DNA of 64,000 nucleotides, taken from the NCBI GenBank assembly GCA_951406725.2, contig OX597831.1, positions 35,464,001 to 35,528,000 of the forward strand, in the 5' to 3' direction. The DNA comes from Octopus vulgaris. Its lineage: Eukaryota. Under the pieces are notes generated by a model. That model ran no database searches. It was not told the DNA's origin and saw nothing but the letters and a program-made list of their open reading frames with translations. Position 1 is the stretch's first letter, and every line of letters starts with the position of its first letter. A program made the position numbers and the translations under genes. Of this stretch, positions 1 to 13,250 are shown piece by piece.

Positions 1-609
1 ATAGCTGTATTTCGTCTGCCGTTACGTTCTGAGTTCAAATTCCGCCGAGGCCGACTTTGCCTTTCATGCTTTCGGGGGTCGATAAATTAAGTACCAGTTA
101 TGCACTGGGGTTGATATAATCGACTTAATCCGTTTGTCTGTCCTTGTTTGTCCTCTTTGAGTTTAGCCCCTTGTGGGTAGTAAAGAAATTGGTACCATGT
201 CTTGCCGTTATGTTCTGAGTTCAAATTCCGCTGGGGTTGACTTTGTCTTTCATCCTTTTGGGGTCAATTAAACAAGTACCAGTTATGCATTGGGGATTGA
301 TGTAATCGACTTAATCCCTTCCCCCAAATTTGAGGCCTTGTACTTCCAATAGAAAGGATTGTTATTGTCGTTGTTGTTGTTGCTGATGTTGTTGTTGTAG
401 CAAGCTGGCAAAATCATTAGCACACCAGACAAAATGCTTAGGGACATTTCATCTGACTATGCATTCTGAGTTCAAATTCCACCAAGGTCAGCTTTGTCTT
501 TCATCCTTTTTTGGGTTTGCTAAAATAGTACAAGTTGGGCACAGTGGTTGGTGTAATTCCCTAGTCTCTTCCCTCAAAATCTCAGGTCTTGTTCCTATAG
601 TTGAAAGGA

Positions 610-641
<32 letters not shown>

Positions 642-865
642 TATTACTATTACTATTACTATTATTATTATTACTATTATTCCATGCAACAACAATAGTA
701 TCACCACCATTGCGCCTCCCCCCTCCTCCACCACCACTGCCACCGCCACTGCCGCTGCCACCACGGGGTCAATAAATTAAGCACCACTGAAACTCTGGGG
801 TTTATGTAATCGACTAGTTCACCCTCCCCACAAATTTCAGGCCTTGTGCCTATAGTAGAAAGGAT
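1..865 (+). mobile_element. Tandem cluster of about 4 copies of tRNA-derived SINE family A (central domain GTCGACTTTGCCTTTCATCCTTTCGGGGTCGATAAATTAAGTACC, Meta-SINE-like)
   Basis: B-box-like GAGTTCAAATTCC. The same core recurs many times in the window, with (ATT)n/(GTT)n spacers. Confidence 0.85.
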
Positions 866-867
866 TA

Positions 868-1543
868 TTACATCCGCCTTAGTGAAGGTGGAGGTATTGT
901 TTTCAGTTGTGTTTGTTTTTTTGTTTGTCTGTGGACAAGATATCTCAAGAACCGCTGAATGGATTTGAATGAAATTTTCAGGGATGTTTGGCCTTGTGAC
1001 TGGAATGGTCTCATTATATTTTGGGATCAATCCAGTACCGGACAAGGATTCTGGATTATTTTTCCAATTCTTTTTATTTTAGATGTATATGTAAAATTTC
1101 ACATAGTTCTCTTGTACATGCACACACATATACTCACACATTTTCAGCATTGAACATTACCAACCCATTTCCATTGTATACACACACACACACACATGCA
1201 TGCGTGCACATATACATCACTTTTACACACGCACACATGCACAATTCAAATGCCATTTATCGGCTTTTTCAAGCCTTCTTTCATTATTCAACTACCACCC
1301 CTTCCTCTCTCATTCATATGACACTCTCTTTGCCACTTCGTTTCCTCTTTTACTTTGTCATTACTTTCTCTCACTCCCTCTCAGTCATGGCTATTACACT
1401 CACTACTTTTCCTTCACTGTATTAGTATTTCATCTCCTCTCCCTTCACCTCTCACTCAATATATATATATATCTGGATTATTTTTCCATTTGAGAGTGAA
1501 TGGGTTCATTTTTAGTATTTGCATTTCTGAGAGCAGTCTAGTT
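868..1543 (+). mobile_element. Helentron/DINE-type non-autonomous rolling-circle element remnant
   Basis: 5' hairpin TCCGCC..GGTGGA, GTTT/GTCT tract, GATATCTCAAGAACCGCTGAATGGATTTGAATGAAATTTT block, CTAGT end. Confidence 0.5.
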
Positions 1544-1654
1544 TATTTCAGATATTCTCATTTTAAAAATCATCTCCAGCTAATTGTTGAGATGATGTTG
1601 GTGTTGTCTTGGTGGAGGTTTTGTTGTTATTATTATAGCATATTACCTGCCAAT

Positions 1655-2243
1655 GTATGCCACTAGCCCAGAAGGAATATAAGAGATACCACAACAATAT
1701 AGTAAGGCTGTCCACTGGACACTTTGCAACAAGTATGGACATGACAGAGCAAAAAATTGGTACGACCACAAACCCGAAGGCATCATGGAAAATAACAATG
1801 CAAAGAGCCTATGGGATTTTATGATTCAGTGTGACCATGAGATAGAGAATAGGAAGTCATACATAGTCTTGAGAAAGCAAACAAACTATACTGGATCATA
1901 GATATAGCATGCCCAGCTGACAACAAAGTATGTGATAAGGAAGAAAGAAAAGTCGATAGATATGACAGGTTAGCTTGGGAGGTTAAGCAGTTAAGGTCGA
2001 TGAAAAAGGCAGCAGTAGTACCAATAATTGTTGGAACCCTGGGAACAGTGAGCAAAAATCTCGAGAAGTACATGGAACAAATAGGGGCTGCAATAAGGGT
2101 GGAGCATTTGCAGAAAACAGCACTGCTTGGAACCGCTCGAATACTCCGGAAGGTGCTCGAAAAATAAGAGGTGTTACCTTAGTTCACTGGTAGTAAACAG
2201 CTGACACCATAGTACATCTCCAGCGTTAGAAGCTGTGCGAGGC
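1655..2243 (+). mobile_element. 5'-truncated R4/Dong-clade non-LTR retrotransposon (REL endonuclease C-terminus + 3' UTR)
   Basis: Frameshifted LAQKEYKR..H, WYDHKPEG, LWDFMIQCDHEIENRK, IIDIACPAD and LQKTALLGTARILRKVLEK*, followed by (TAA)n, the known Dong target. Confidence 0.88.
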
Positions 2244-2868
2244 AATAATGATAATAATAATAATAATAATAATAATGATAATATGATAATAATAATAATG
2301 ATGGACATATGAGTGTGCAGCTTTTGCCAAACGACTTGCACAAATGATTTGTTTTATAGTGATCAAATGTACGTGCCATATATTAGTTCATTCCCTCCCT
2401 TAAATCAATGGTGATTGAACAGGTGCACAGTGTACCATGCATCAGGTGTCAAATTGATTGCAGAGGAATGTGAGATGAAGTGTTTTGCTCAAGAAAACAA
2501 TGCACCATCCGGTCTGGGTATTGAACACACAATCTCATGGTTGTGAGTGCAACACCCTAACCACTAGGCCATATGTTCTCACAACAACAACAACAACAGC
2601 AATAGCAATTACAGTAATAATGATAATAAACCTTTCTGCTATAGGCACAAGGCCTGAAATCTTAGGAGAGGAAGCTAGTTGATTATATCGACCCCAGTGC
2701 ATAACTGGTACTTATTTCATTGACTGCCCCCCCCCCTGCAAAAAAAACAACGAAAGTTTGACCTCGGTGGAATTTGAATTCCGAACATAATGGCAGGTGA
2801 AATATAGCTAAGCATTTCACTTGGTGTAATAACGATTCTGCCAGCCTGATGCCTTAATAATAATGATG

Positions 2869-2898
<30 letters not shown>

Positions 2899-2901
<3 letters not shown>

Positions 2902-3583
2902 TGCCTGGTGTACCCTTATCAGACGGGTAGTCATGATGGGTATATTGGGCTTCGTATATTTTACCCCAGTGTCACTTTGATGGCATGCACTGCTCTCTCA
3001 CTCAATAATAATAATAATAATAATAATAATTGCCCTGATGTAGTACCAGGCAGTGGCTCTTGTGGCTTCTGATCTTAACTGATTGGAAGTGTTATCATGT
3101 ACATTGTTTTGTCTTGGTATAAAAGATGGGCTACAGCAAATATTCAGCTCAATACCACAGATTTGCTTGTCAGTTGTTTGACCTCAACCAGTTGAGCAAG
3201 TCCTTTAGTGGCTGACGATATGTGCATCTCTGATCACGAGCAGAAGTAGTGGGAGAGCATCATAGCCATGTGTTGAGAGGTATTCTTTGGGGTTTGCATA
3301 ATTCACCTCTGAAACATGGGTGTTTCATTCAACATCCTTAAACAACCCTTATTCAGGGACCTTTTGAGTAGGATGGGTTAGTCGACCAGAAGAAAATTCT
3401 AACTGGGCCCCACCTGCAAGGTCATGTGCTGTTTATCTTGATATGAGATCACCATGTCGCGTACATATGGTCATGATGCATGTGCCTAGTGTACCCTTAT
3501 CAGACGGATAGTCATGATGGGTATACTGGGCTTTGTATATTTTACCCCAGTGTCACATTGATGGCTTGCACTGCTCTCTCATT
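2899..3583 (+). mobile_element. (TAA)n-targeted non-coding element: short 3' copy 2899-3003 plus a ~550 bp copy 3031-3583
   Basis: Both copies end in GCACTGCTCTCTCA(C/T)TC and are flanked by (AAT)n. A third, inverted copy lies at 53972-54222. Confidence 0.75.
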
Positions 3584-3611
3584 CAATAATAACAACAACA
3601 ACAACAATAGT

Positions 3612-3644
<33 letters not shown>

Positions 3645-3677
3645 TGTTCACATTTCTTTTGTTGTATTTTTCTACAG

Positions 3678-3781
3678 GCAAGAAAAAACATTTAATCTGT
3701 CTTCAGGTGTCCCAGTTGATTTTGAATTCCATTTAGATTATCTGCAATCTAATCCAGCTTTCACAGTTTCACCAATGGAAG
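3678..3781 (+). CDS. CFAP221: CFAP221/PCDP1-like, internal coding exon A (QEKTFNLSSGVPVDFEFHLDYLQSNPAFTVSPME-G)
   Basis: tttctacag acceptor and G|gtacc donor. PVDFEF...SPMEG resembles the recalled human CFAP221 segment [25 protein letters not shown]. Enters in phase 2, exits in phase 1. Confidence 0.88.
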
Positions 3782-4422
3782 GTACCTTACTTAATCTTTC
3801 CCTTATATCTTTTTGTGCACCTCTACCATTGTTACTGCATTCCTGTGTATCTAATCACATAAAAATTAAGTGACATTTGTTCCATTGCTTAATTTATCGG
3901 CTGCTGAGTAGTTGGTGTTCTGTAGGGTATCCAGCTGTAAAAATCCTACCAAAACAGTCACAGAAGTCTGATGCAGGCTTTGGCCTTGCTGGCTCTTGGG
4001 GTACCATCCCACCCATGGAAGCATGAAACACAGACGTTAAATGATGATGATGATAATGATGAGCAGATACTGTAAAGTTCCTGGCTTTAAGGGTATATAT
4101 ATTATATATATATATATATTATAAATCCTGGATAGCTCTCTAGTCTAGCAAGTTATATGGCAACCTCACCAATGCTGGCACCATATAAAAAACGCCTAGT
4201 ACACTCTGTAGAGTGGTTGGCATTAGGAAAGGCATCAGCCATAGAAACTAAGCCATAGCAGACTTTGGAGCAGAATGCAGTCATCGACCTTGATATATTT
4301 TGTTGAACTGTCCAACCCATGCCAGCATGGAAGACAAATGTTGAATGATGATGATGGTAATAATGATGATAATGATGATGATGATGATGATATTTTCTTG
4401 TATTTAAAAAAAATTTTTTTAG

Positions 4423-4579
4423 GAATTATTTCTGGAAACGAAAAAGTGACATTCAAAGTTACATTTGCACCAATCAGATTTGAAACATCCATAATAAAAC
4501 TGCAGTTAAGCATTTCCCAGTTCAATTACAAACCACAGTTCTGTACCCTGTATGGTTGTTCAGTACCTGGACTTGAAAT
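4423..4579 (+). CDS. CFAP221: CFAP221 exon B (GIISGNEKVTFKVTFAPIRFETSIIKLQLSISQFNYKPQFCTLYGCSVPGLE-M)
   Basis: ttttttag acceptor, AT|gtaagt donor, phase matches exon A. Resembles recalled GIIPANGK...KMQLWISQFNSQPYEC. Confidence 0.92.
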
Positions 4580-5040
4580 GTAAGTAGCTAATTACATTGC
4601 ATTATAAACCCATTTAATAAAAATCTAGGGAAACTACATAATTATGAGATAACGATACATTACTGATGGATGTTACATAGCTGTGAGATACAGCTGTAAG
4701 ATATATTACATTACTAAGGTATATTACATAGCTGTGTGATATGAGATATCATATGGGATTACATTGTAACGTCCTTTCTACACCTTGATGATTTTCAATA
4801 CAAAGGTATTTGAAATGCAAAATTATATATTTATATATGTCTTGTAATTTTAATTTTGTTTATGGAATGAAACAATTGTAGGTGAATATGTTAATTAATT
4901 AATAAATTAATTTGTATCCATTAGATGATCTCTCTGTTTTCTAACTCGATAATAATATTTTATATTTTACAATATCTTATATATATATTGAAGAAATATC
5001 TCTTCAATATATATATATATATATATATATGCATGTATCT

Positions 5041-5402
5041 TGTGGAGGTACAATGGCCCAGTGGTTAGGGCAGTGAACTCGCGGTCATAGGATCACAGTT
5101 TTGGTTCCCAGACTGGGCGTTGTGAGTGTTTATTGAGTGAAAACACCTAGAGCATCATGACGCTCCAGCAGGAAGTGGTGGGGGAACCCTGCTATACTCT
5201 TTCACCACAACTTTCTCTCACTCTTTCTTCCTGTTTCTGTTGTACCTGTATTTCAAAAGGGCCAGCCTTGTAACACTCTGTGTCACGCTGAATCTCCTTG
5301 AGAACTATGTTAAGGGTACACATGTCTGTGGAGTTTCACAAGCAGGCTGTTTCGTCGATCGGATCATCTGGAGCCCTCATTGTTGTAACCGATGGAGTGC
5401 CA
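5041..5402 (+). mobile_element. tRNA-derived SINE family C
   Basis: A box TGGCCCAGTGG. Related copies at 30288-30670 (-), 32232-32552, 57597-57860 and 63540-63840. Confidence 0.8.
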
Positions 5403-6337
5403 CGAATGATATATATATATGTATGTATTTATGTATGTATGTATGTATGTATGTATGTATGTATGTATGTATATATATGTGTGTGTGTGTGTATGTATAT
5501 TTATATATATATATATTAAAGTACATACCACCACAGCCAATACCTACCATCAACAATTCTTCGTCATCATCATCATTCTCATCATCCCTTAAATGTCCAC
5601 TTGTCCATGTTTGCACACATCAGACGAAATTCCTTGGGGTCCATTTTCTATGGTTGGAAGCTCTCCTTGTTGCTAACCTTCACCTGTTTATAAGCAAGGT
5701 AACATTTCTCCTAGTTCTTCAAACATGAACGGTACAATGGCTGGACATACTTTCAAAGGCGATTGTAAACAGTTGTATTATGAGAGAAGCATTTGCTTCA
5801 AAGCAGTTGCAAGATATCAAGAGAACCTCGACTCCACCTAGCCAAACACACACACTCATTGCACAGGCGTGACTCTGTGATTAAGAAGTTTGCTTCCCAA
5901 CTACAAGGTACTGATTTCAGTCCTTCTGCATGGCACCTTGGGCAAGTGTCTTCTACTATAGCCTAGGGCAAACCAAAGCCTTGTAAGTGGATTTTGTTGA
6001 TTGAAACTGAAAGAAGCCTGTCATATGTGTGTGTGTGTGTGTGTGTTTGGTAAGTTGGTGTCTCCTTGTCTTGACAACGTGTGATAGTCATAAACAAACC
6101 TCACTATCATACAAGCAATGTCGTTCATTTCCAATATTCTGCAAAAGCATGTCTGGCCAAGGAGAAATATAACTTTGCTTGGAAACAGGTAATGGTTGGT
6201 GATGGGAAGGGCATCCAGCTGTAGAAAATTCTGTTCTACCAAAATTCCTTCTGGCTCATGTGAGCATTGAAATGTTGTCATTACAATGATGGAGATTATA
6301 CAAATACGTGCACACACACACACACACATAAGATGCA

Positions 6338-7150
6338 TTGAATAAACTGTCATCTAAATTACACAAAAATAAAAATAACACTTATATCTCATTTTAACAG
6401 ATATATTGACCAAAATTGCATAAAAATATCTTGAAATATTAAAGAGTAAATTTATTCAATTAAAATCACCATTGGCTTCAACTACGGCCTCCAGATGACT
6501 TCAGAATCTCCTGCAACTCTTTTGGACAGTCTCTTTGTTTAAGTTGGTGAATGCTGCCACAATCCTTGCCTTCAGTTCATCTTTGGTGTTACAAGGAGTT
6601 TTGTTGATCTCTTGCTCAACTGTGCTCCACACATAATAATCAAGCAGGTTACAGTCTGGAGGATTAGGTGGCCAGATGTTAGGGGTGGTGTAGTTGCAGA
6701 AATTGTCTGATAGTCATGATTGGGTTCTCCTGCATGGTACAGAGTCCTGTTGCTAGACATAGGCTTCTTCAAGCAGCCACCCTCTTGATCCAGGGCAGCA
6801 TTACCTCCCCCAGGCATTTCATGTAGGCCTCCATGTTGAGTGTGTGACCGTGTGGGAAAATGAATAGAGGCATAACATTGCCATCACTAATGATCACTCT
6901 AAGCACCATGATGTTGACTGGATGTTTGATTTTTCTCAGTACATGTTTTGGGGACACAGCAATCTAAAAGTTGTTCTGTGTGTTCACCATCTGTTCATAC
7001 TGGAGCTTCCGGTTTGAATGCCAAACAGTGTACCATGTCATTTCCAAGTCTCTAGCAGAGTGAATTGCATCATGGTACTGTTTTTCTCATAGACGGTACC
7101 CAACTGACCCTACTGTACTATGTAGTTGACAAAATCAAAAACATACAATA
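6338..7150 (-). mobile_element. Degenerate maT (DD37D) Tc1/mariner element, second copy
   Basis: Reverse-complement homolog of 13250-14132. One end is cut by a SINE. Confidence 0.8.
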
Positions 7151-7152
7151 AA

Positions 7153-7609
7153 CGGTTTCCGTGCCAGTAGCACATAAAAGGCACTATTTGAGTGTGATCA
7201 TTACCAGCGTTGCCTTACTGGCACTTGTGCCCCATGCTAGTAGGGTGCTAAGAGCACCATCCGAGCGTGATTCTTGCCAGAGCGGCTAACTGGCTTCTGT
7301 GCTGGTGGTATGTAAAAGGCACCATTTGAGCGTGATCGTTACCAGCATTGCCTTACTGGCACCTGTGCTGGTGGCATGTGTGAAAAGATTCGAGAGAGGT
7401 CATTGTCAGTACTGCTCCTGACTGGCCACCGTGCCGGTGGCATGTAAAAGCACCCACTACACTCTCAGACATGTTGGCATTAGGAAGAGCATCCAGCTGT
7501 AGAAACTCTGCCAGATCAAGATTGGAGCCTGGTGCAGCCATCTGGTTCGCCAGCCCTCAGTCAAATCGTCCAACCCATGCTAACATGCAAAGCGGACATT
7601 AAACGATGA

Positions 7610-7613
<4 letters not shown>
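7153..7613 (+). mobile_element. SINE-like family D with internal ~60-70 bp repeats and (GAT)n tail (RTE-associated)
   Basis: Core TGGTTGGCRTTAGGAAGGGCATCCAGC...CCAACCCATGCTAGCATGGAAAGCGGACGTTAAACGATGATG. Other copies include 14241-14600, 45370-45660, 49770-50000, 50866-51160 and 55267-55665. Confidence 0.8.
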
Positions 7614-7670
<57 letters not shown>

Positions 7671-8733
7671 CATATATATACATATATAATCTATGCATAC
7701 ATACATATGTACATATATATTTGTTTACATTCACACACACACATATATATGCTTACATATATACACTCATGTAAATATATATATTCAGACACACACACAC
7801 ATATATATGCTTACATATATACACTCATGTAAATATATATATTCAGACACACACACATATATATATAGAGTGACATATATATGCACACACAGTTGTATCT
7901 ATTCACTTAAATAAACACACCCACACATAAGTACTTTATACTCACATGTATACACACACACACACACCAGTATATATTTGTATATAAAATATATGACAAA
8001 GTCATAAACTGGCAAATATCTATGTAATATATACACCCACATGGTGCCTGAATGCATACATACATAAATGTAAATAGATGTGTTTATTGTCTGGGTGTAT
8101 AGCTCCTGTATGTATATAGTGATAATAATAAGCCATACATCTTTGCATGTATACAAATGTAGTCATTTTGACGTGTATACTTAAGCTGTTGTGTGTACCT
8201 TGTGTGTGTTTATGCACCTTATGTGTATGTGTGTGCATACACATACTGTGGACGTCTGTCATAAATCTATACATTCAGACAGATAAGGAACATATATATA
8301 CTCATAGAGTATATAATCACACATCCAGTCACACATACATACATACATACATATATACATACATACATACATGCATACATACATGCATACATGCAAATAC
8401 ACATACATACATGAATACATATACAAACATACATACATAGACACAAATACACATACATACATATATACATACACACATACATGCATACATGCATACACAC
8501 TCATACATACACAGACATACATACATACATACATGCATGCATGCACACATACACACACACATACATACATACATACACACTTACATATATACATACACAC
8601 ATACGCATATGTACATACATTCATATGCGCACACACACACACATACATGCATACAAACATACACACATACATACACACACACGTACATATATACATACAT
8701 ACATGCATATAACACACATATACACACAAACAT

Positions 8734-8769
<36 letters not shown>

Positions 8770-8925
8770 CACCTATTTTAGCAAAACCAAATATGCAGAT
8801 GGAAGAATTTGTGTGGGTGCATGTGTGTAGGTGTTTGTGTGTATGTATGTATGTATGTATGTATGTATGTATGTATGTATGTATGTATGTATGTATGTGT
8901 GTATGTATGTATGTGTTTATGTGTG
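7612..8925. repeat. (TA)n/(CA)n/(TACA)n compound microsatellite region
   Basis: Direct inspection. Similar tracts at 38420-39040, 44890-45150, 46010-46315 and 47035-47550. Confidence 0.95.
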
Positions 8926-9239
8926 AAATCATCTATCACTCTATGCACGTGCCCCTCCCCTGTCCCCCGTCCCCTCTGTCTATCTGTATCTCTGTCTATC
9001 TCTCGTTCTGCACCAGTCTCAAGACGTCTCCTCAGCATCACGTCGGAAGGAAGACATAAAACTACTCCGATTGATTTCCACAGAAGACCTAAGACTCACC
9101 CACCCACCCACCCACTCTCAAACGAATGAGGTGAGTAGGCGTGGTGGGGGGGGGGTTGAGAAGGAGACCATTCTGGGAATAACATCAACAAAACAGTTGG
9201 TTCCACCTCCGTCAAAGCACCCTGTTCCACAAAACTCTA

Positions 9240-10760
9240 TCACCACCACCACCACCATCACTACCACAACAACAACGACCACTAAGAACAACATCATCAT
9301 CATCATCATCCTCAAAACTCCTAACAGTATACTATGACTAACCCACAAACCAACGAGAAAACCAATACCATATCTATGCTACCACCACAACCATAACCAC
9401 CAGCATCATCGCTGCCGCCAACACAACAAACCAACCACATAACCAATGCCACCATCACCACCACCACCACCACCACCGCCACCACTGCTGCCGCTGCCAC
9501 ATTGAAGACCACTAACACCACCACTTTTTCCATCAACACCGCAATGAATACCACGGCCTATACTGTAACCACAAGCAGCATACCATTGGCATCACCACCA
9601 ACGCCATCACCACCACCACCACTACTACTGCCACCACCACCAGTACTGCAATGAGTACCACCGCCAATACCATAACCACAAGCACCATCCCATCGGCATC
9701 ACCACCAACACCATCACCACCACCACCACCACCACCATACTTTCGTATCTTCAGTGTTGAAATTGGGTATATGATGGCAGTGGTGGTGGTCATGGTGATG
9801 GTTATAGTGGTCATGACGATGATGGTGGTGGCAATGGTGGTTGTGGTGGTGTAGGCTACAGCAGTTATGGTTGTGGTGATGGTGTAGGCTGTGGTTGGAT
9901 CTGGTAGTAGTGGTGATGTAGGCTGTTGGTGGTGGTGGTATTGGTGTGGTGGGTGGGACGATAAATTAAGTACCAGTTACGCACTGGGGTCGATGTAATT
10001 GGCTTAATACCTAATGTCTGTCCTTGATTGTCCCCTCTGTGTTTAGCCCCTTGTGGGTAATAAAGAAATAGGTATTGGTGTGGTGGTAGTGGTGGTGGTG
10101 GTGGTGGTGGTATTGGTGTGGTGGTGTTGTTGGTGGTGGTTGTAGTTTTGGAGATAGTGTTGATGGTGGTGATGGCAGTGATGGTGGTGCTTTTGATGAT
10201 GATGGTGGCGATGGAGTCAGTGGCTATAGTGGTGGTGTTGGTGGCTACTGTAATAGTGGAAAATAGATGGATGGGTGGTGGCAATTTGGTGATTGTGATA
10301 GTGGTGATGGTGGTGGTGGTGGTTGTGGTAGTGGTGATGGTAGTATTGGCTGTGACAGTAGTGGTGTTGGTGTTGGTGGTAGTAGTGGTGATTGTGGTTG
10401 TGGTAGTGGTGGTGGTAGTAGTGGTGGTGGTGATAGTAGTATTGACTATGGTTGTGGTGGTGGGGTGGCTGCTGCAATAGGAGATGGATGGATGGGAAGC
10501 AGTGGTGGATGTGTCTAGATTGTGGCGGTGGTGATGATGGTATGATGGTTCTAATAGTGACAGTTGCGGTGTTAGTTGTTCATACAACAATGGTGGTGGT
10601 CATGGAAGTAGGGGCTGCCGCGATAGCAGTGTAGCAAGCGGGATGGATGACTGCCTGACTGGATGGATGGATGGATGGATGGATGGATGGATGGATGGAT
10701 GGATGGATGGATGGATGGATGGATGGGTGATAGTGGGTAGTGGTGGAGGTGTTGATGGTG
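9240..10760. repeat. (CAC)n then (GTG)n/(GGAT)n low-complexity region
   Basis: Direct inspection. It is the source of the Thr/Val/His-rich spurious ORFs. Confidence 0.95.
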
Positions 10761-10951
10761 ATCATAAATATTTGTGTTTTCTCTTAACAGTCATCTGAGC
10801 ATTAATAAAAGAATTACTCTTAAAAAGAATGCTTCCTTTTGTTATGATTAGCTTTGTCTCTGGGTTTGTTTGTTTGTTTGTTTGTTTTGCTTCCGTTTCT
10901 CTTCTATGTGTTGTTGTTGTTGTTGTTGTTGTTGCTGTAGTTGTAGCTTGC

Positions 10952-10982
<31 letters not shown>

Positions 10983-12493
10983 CTTTCCTGTGTCTTATCA
11001 TATTTTCTGTTTGAAGACGTCAATCGTGAAAATATAGAAATATAGAAATAGATGGGAGATTACTGGCCAACTGATGTTGCATTGCGTACACAACTTCATT
11101 TTCAGCGATTAATCTAGAAACGGTACCAGATATGTTGACTTTGCTTTGTTACATGTACAACGTCTTCAAAAACCTATCGTCTGGATGAGTCTGTGTATGT
11201 GCATGCATTTGTGTATGTTTGTGTGTGTGTGTAGATGATTGCTGTTGTTGTCGTCATTTTGATGTCCACTTTGTGGCCAGACATGTTTATGTGGAAGGAT
11301 GTTTCTTACATCATGGTGAAACTCGTTTACAGCTTTTGTGCGACGTCAAGACAAGGTCACACACACAAATATAGACGCACACTCCCAAATGCGTACATAC
11401 ACAGACACACACGCATGCACGTTTGCATTTTGATAAGTGTGAATGTGTGTCTGTACCTCTCTATCTTGTCTGTCCATCTGTCTATCTCTCTATCTATCTG
11501 TCTGTCTGTCTGTCTACCTGTCTGTCTATCTCTTTTTTAACTGCACACATTTACTACATATATACATACACACACACATATATACTACATATGGGGGAAA
11601 TTCTGTCTATGGGTGTGTTAGTGGAGTTGTTAGCTAACTCCTTCTACATCATTTTATTGATTTTGATGAAACTTGACATTTGAATAGAACTCATGTCTGG
11701 AAACCTCATGGCATACTCAGATTGTTGAAAAAACTCGATAATATGTCCCTGGAAGGAATCCTTATTTATATATCTAATATATTTTATTTTAAAAACCAAG
11801 GGAAATAACCCATTCACCCCTGAAAGGGATGCTTATATATAGCCAAGCAAAATAGCCCATTTATTTTCCTAAATTATTTGGTAAAAATGAAATTGAGTAT
11901 GCTTATTTCTTAGTATTTGAACTGTTAGAGTTGTGTTTGCAGTTTATCTTGTACAACCTTAAGTGAGTAAGTAGTATTTTCCTAGACAATAGATCCACTT
12001 ATTTCGGCTAGTGACTTATTCACGAATATACCAACAGTAGCACCCCTGAGGGTAATATTCTCTAGGAAAGCACAAAAGCCCTTTTCAGAGTTATTTACTT
12101 TGAATTGTTATTATCCCATATCTGATTAACCTGTTATTACGTAACATACTTTACGATTTTAGTATACATACCTTATTAGTATTTCCTCCTATGTTCTATA
12201 TATTCTGGAAATGAATTAAAGCCTTTTTAGGGGCTACTTTATTTGAATTCTTACTGTCGGTAACTAATTACATATTATTACATAACTGACTTCACAATTT
12301 GGGTATTCATAACTTATTGGGAATTCCCAAAAACAAGATTCTGTGCAAGACAATTCGGTATTCTCTGTAAATGCACAAAAACCATTTTAAGGGCTACATA
12401 CTTTGTATTGTTGTTATTGGATTAGCGAAACAATTATGAGAATGGAACAAAGGGATATGCCCCGCTTTCCCAGGAATTAACTGGTATGTCAGG

Positions 12494-12531
<38 letters not shown>

Positions 12532-12536
12532 GCATA

Positions 12537-13205
12537 TCATCATCATCATCATTGTAGTTTAATGTCCACTTTCTATGCTGGCATGGGTTGGATGGTTTGA
12601 ATGAGGAATGGCAAGCCAGAAGGCTGCACCAGGCTCTAATCTGATCTGGCAAGGTTTCTACAGCTGGATGACCTTCCTATTGCCAACTACTCCGAGAGTG
12701 TAGTGGGTGCTTTTTATGTGCCACCAGCATGAGTGCCAGTCAAGTGGCACTGGTATCGACCACACTTGAATGGTGCATCAGTCATGCTCAAATAGTGCTT
12801 TTTACATGCTACCAGCATAGGTACCAATCAAGTGGCACTAGCATCAGTCATGCTTGAATGGCACTTATTACATGTCAGTCAGGTGGCACTGGCATTGGCC
12901 TTGGCTATCATTTCACTCGGTTCAACAGGTCTTAATGAGCATGGCATATTGCCTGACGATTGAAGGATGTTTTTAAACAGGCCAGTTATGTGACGCTGGC
13001 ATCAGCCATGACTATGATCTCACTTGGTTTGCTGAGTCTTCTCAATCACTGCATATCTCCAAAGGTCCCAGTCGCTTGCCATTGACTCTGTGAGGCTCAA
13101 CGTTCAGAGGTCATGCTTCACCACCTCATCCCAGGTCTTCCTGGGTCTACCTCTTCCACAGGTTCCCTCCACTGTTAGGGCGTGACACTTCCTCACACAG
13201 CTGGC
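12537..13205 (-). mobile_element. RTE LINE 3' remnant continuous with family D tail
   Basis: The minus strand encodes TVEGTCGRGRPRKTWDEVVKHDL at about 13020-13205 and runs into family D repeats and the (GAT)n tail. A similar + copy lies at 49200-49575. Confidence 0.75.
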
Positions 13206-13209
13206 CTCA

Positions 13210-13249
<40 letters not shown>

Positions 13250-13250
<1 letters not shown>

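Noticed and set aside
4544-4566. miR-10-like seed TACCCTGTA
   Set aside because: It lies within coding exon B, the rest does not match miR-10, and there is no precursor hairpin.
9017-9136. Possible cryptic exon ending GAG|gtgagt
   Set aside because: No homology to CFAP221, exons B and C already join in phase, and there is no independent evidence.
8147-10634. Long ORFs rich in YIHT/CVCM, Thr, Val or His (also 21008-23367, 38242-39136, 47799-48359, 51963-53174, 56227-56553)
   Set aside because: These are translations of di-, tri- and tetranucleotide microsatellites, with no splice or homology support.
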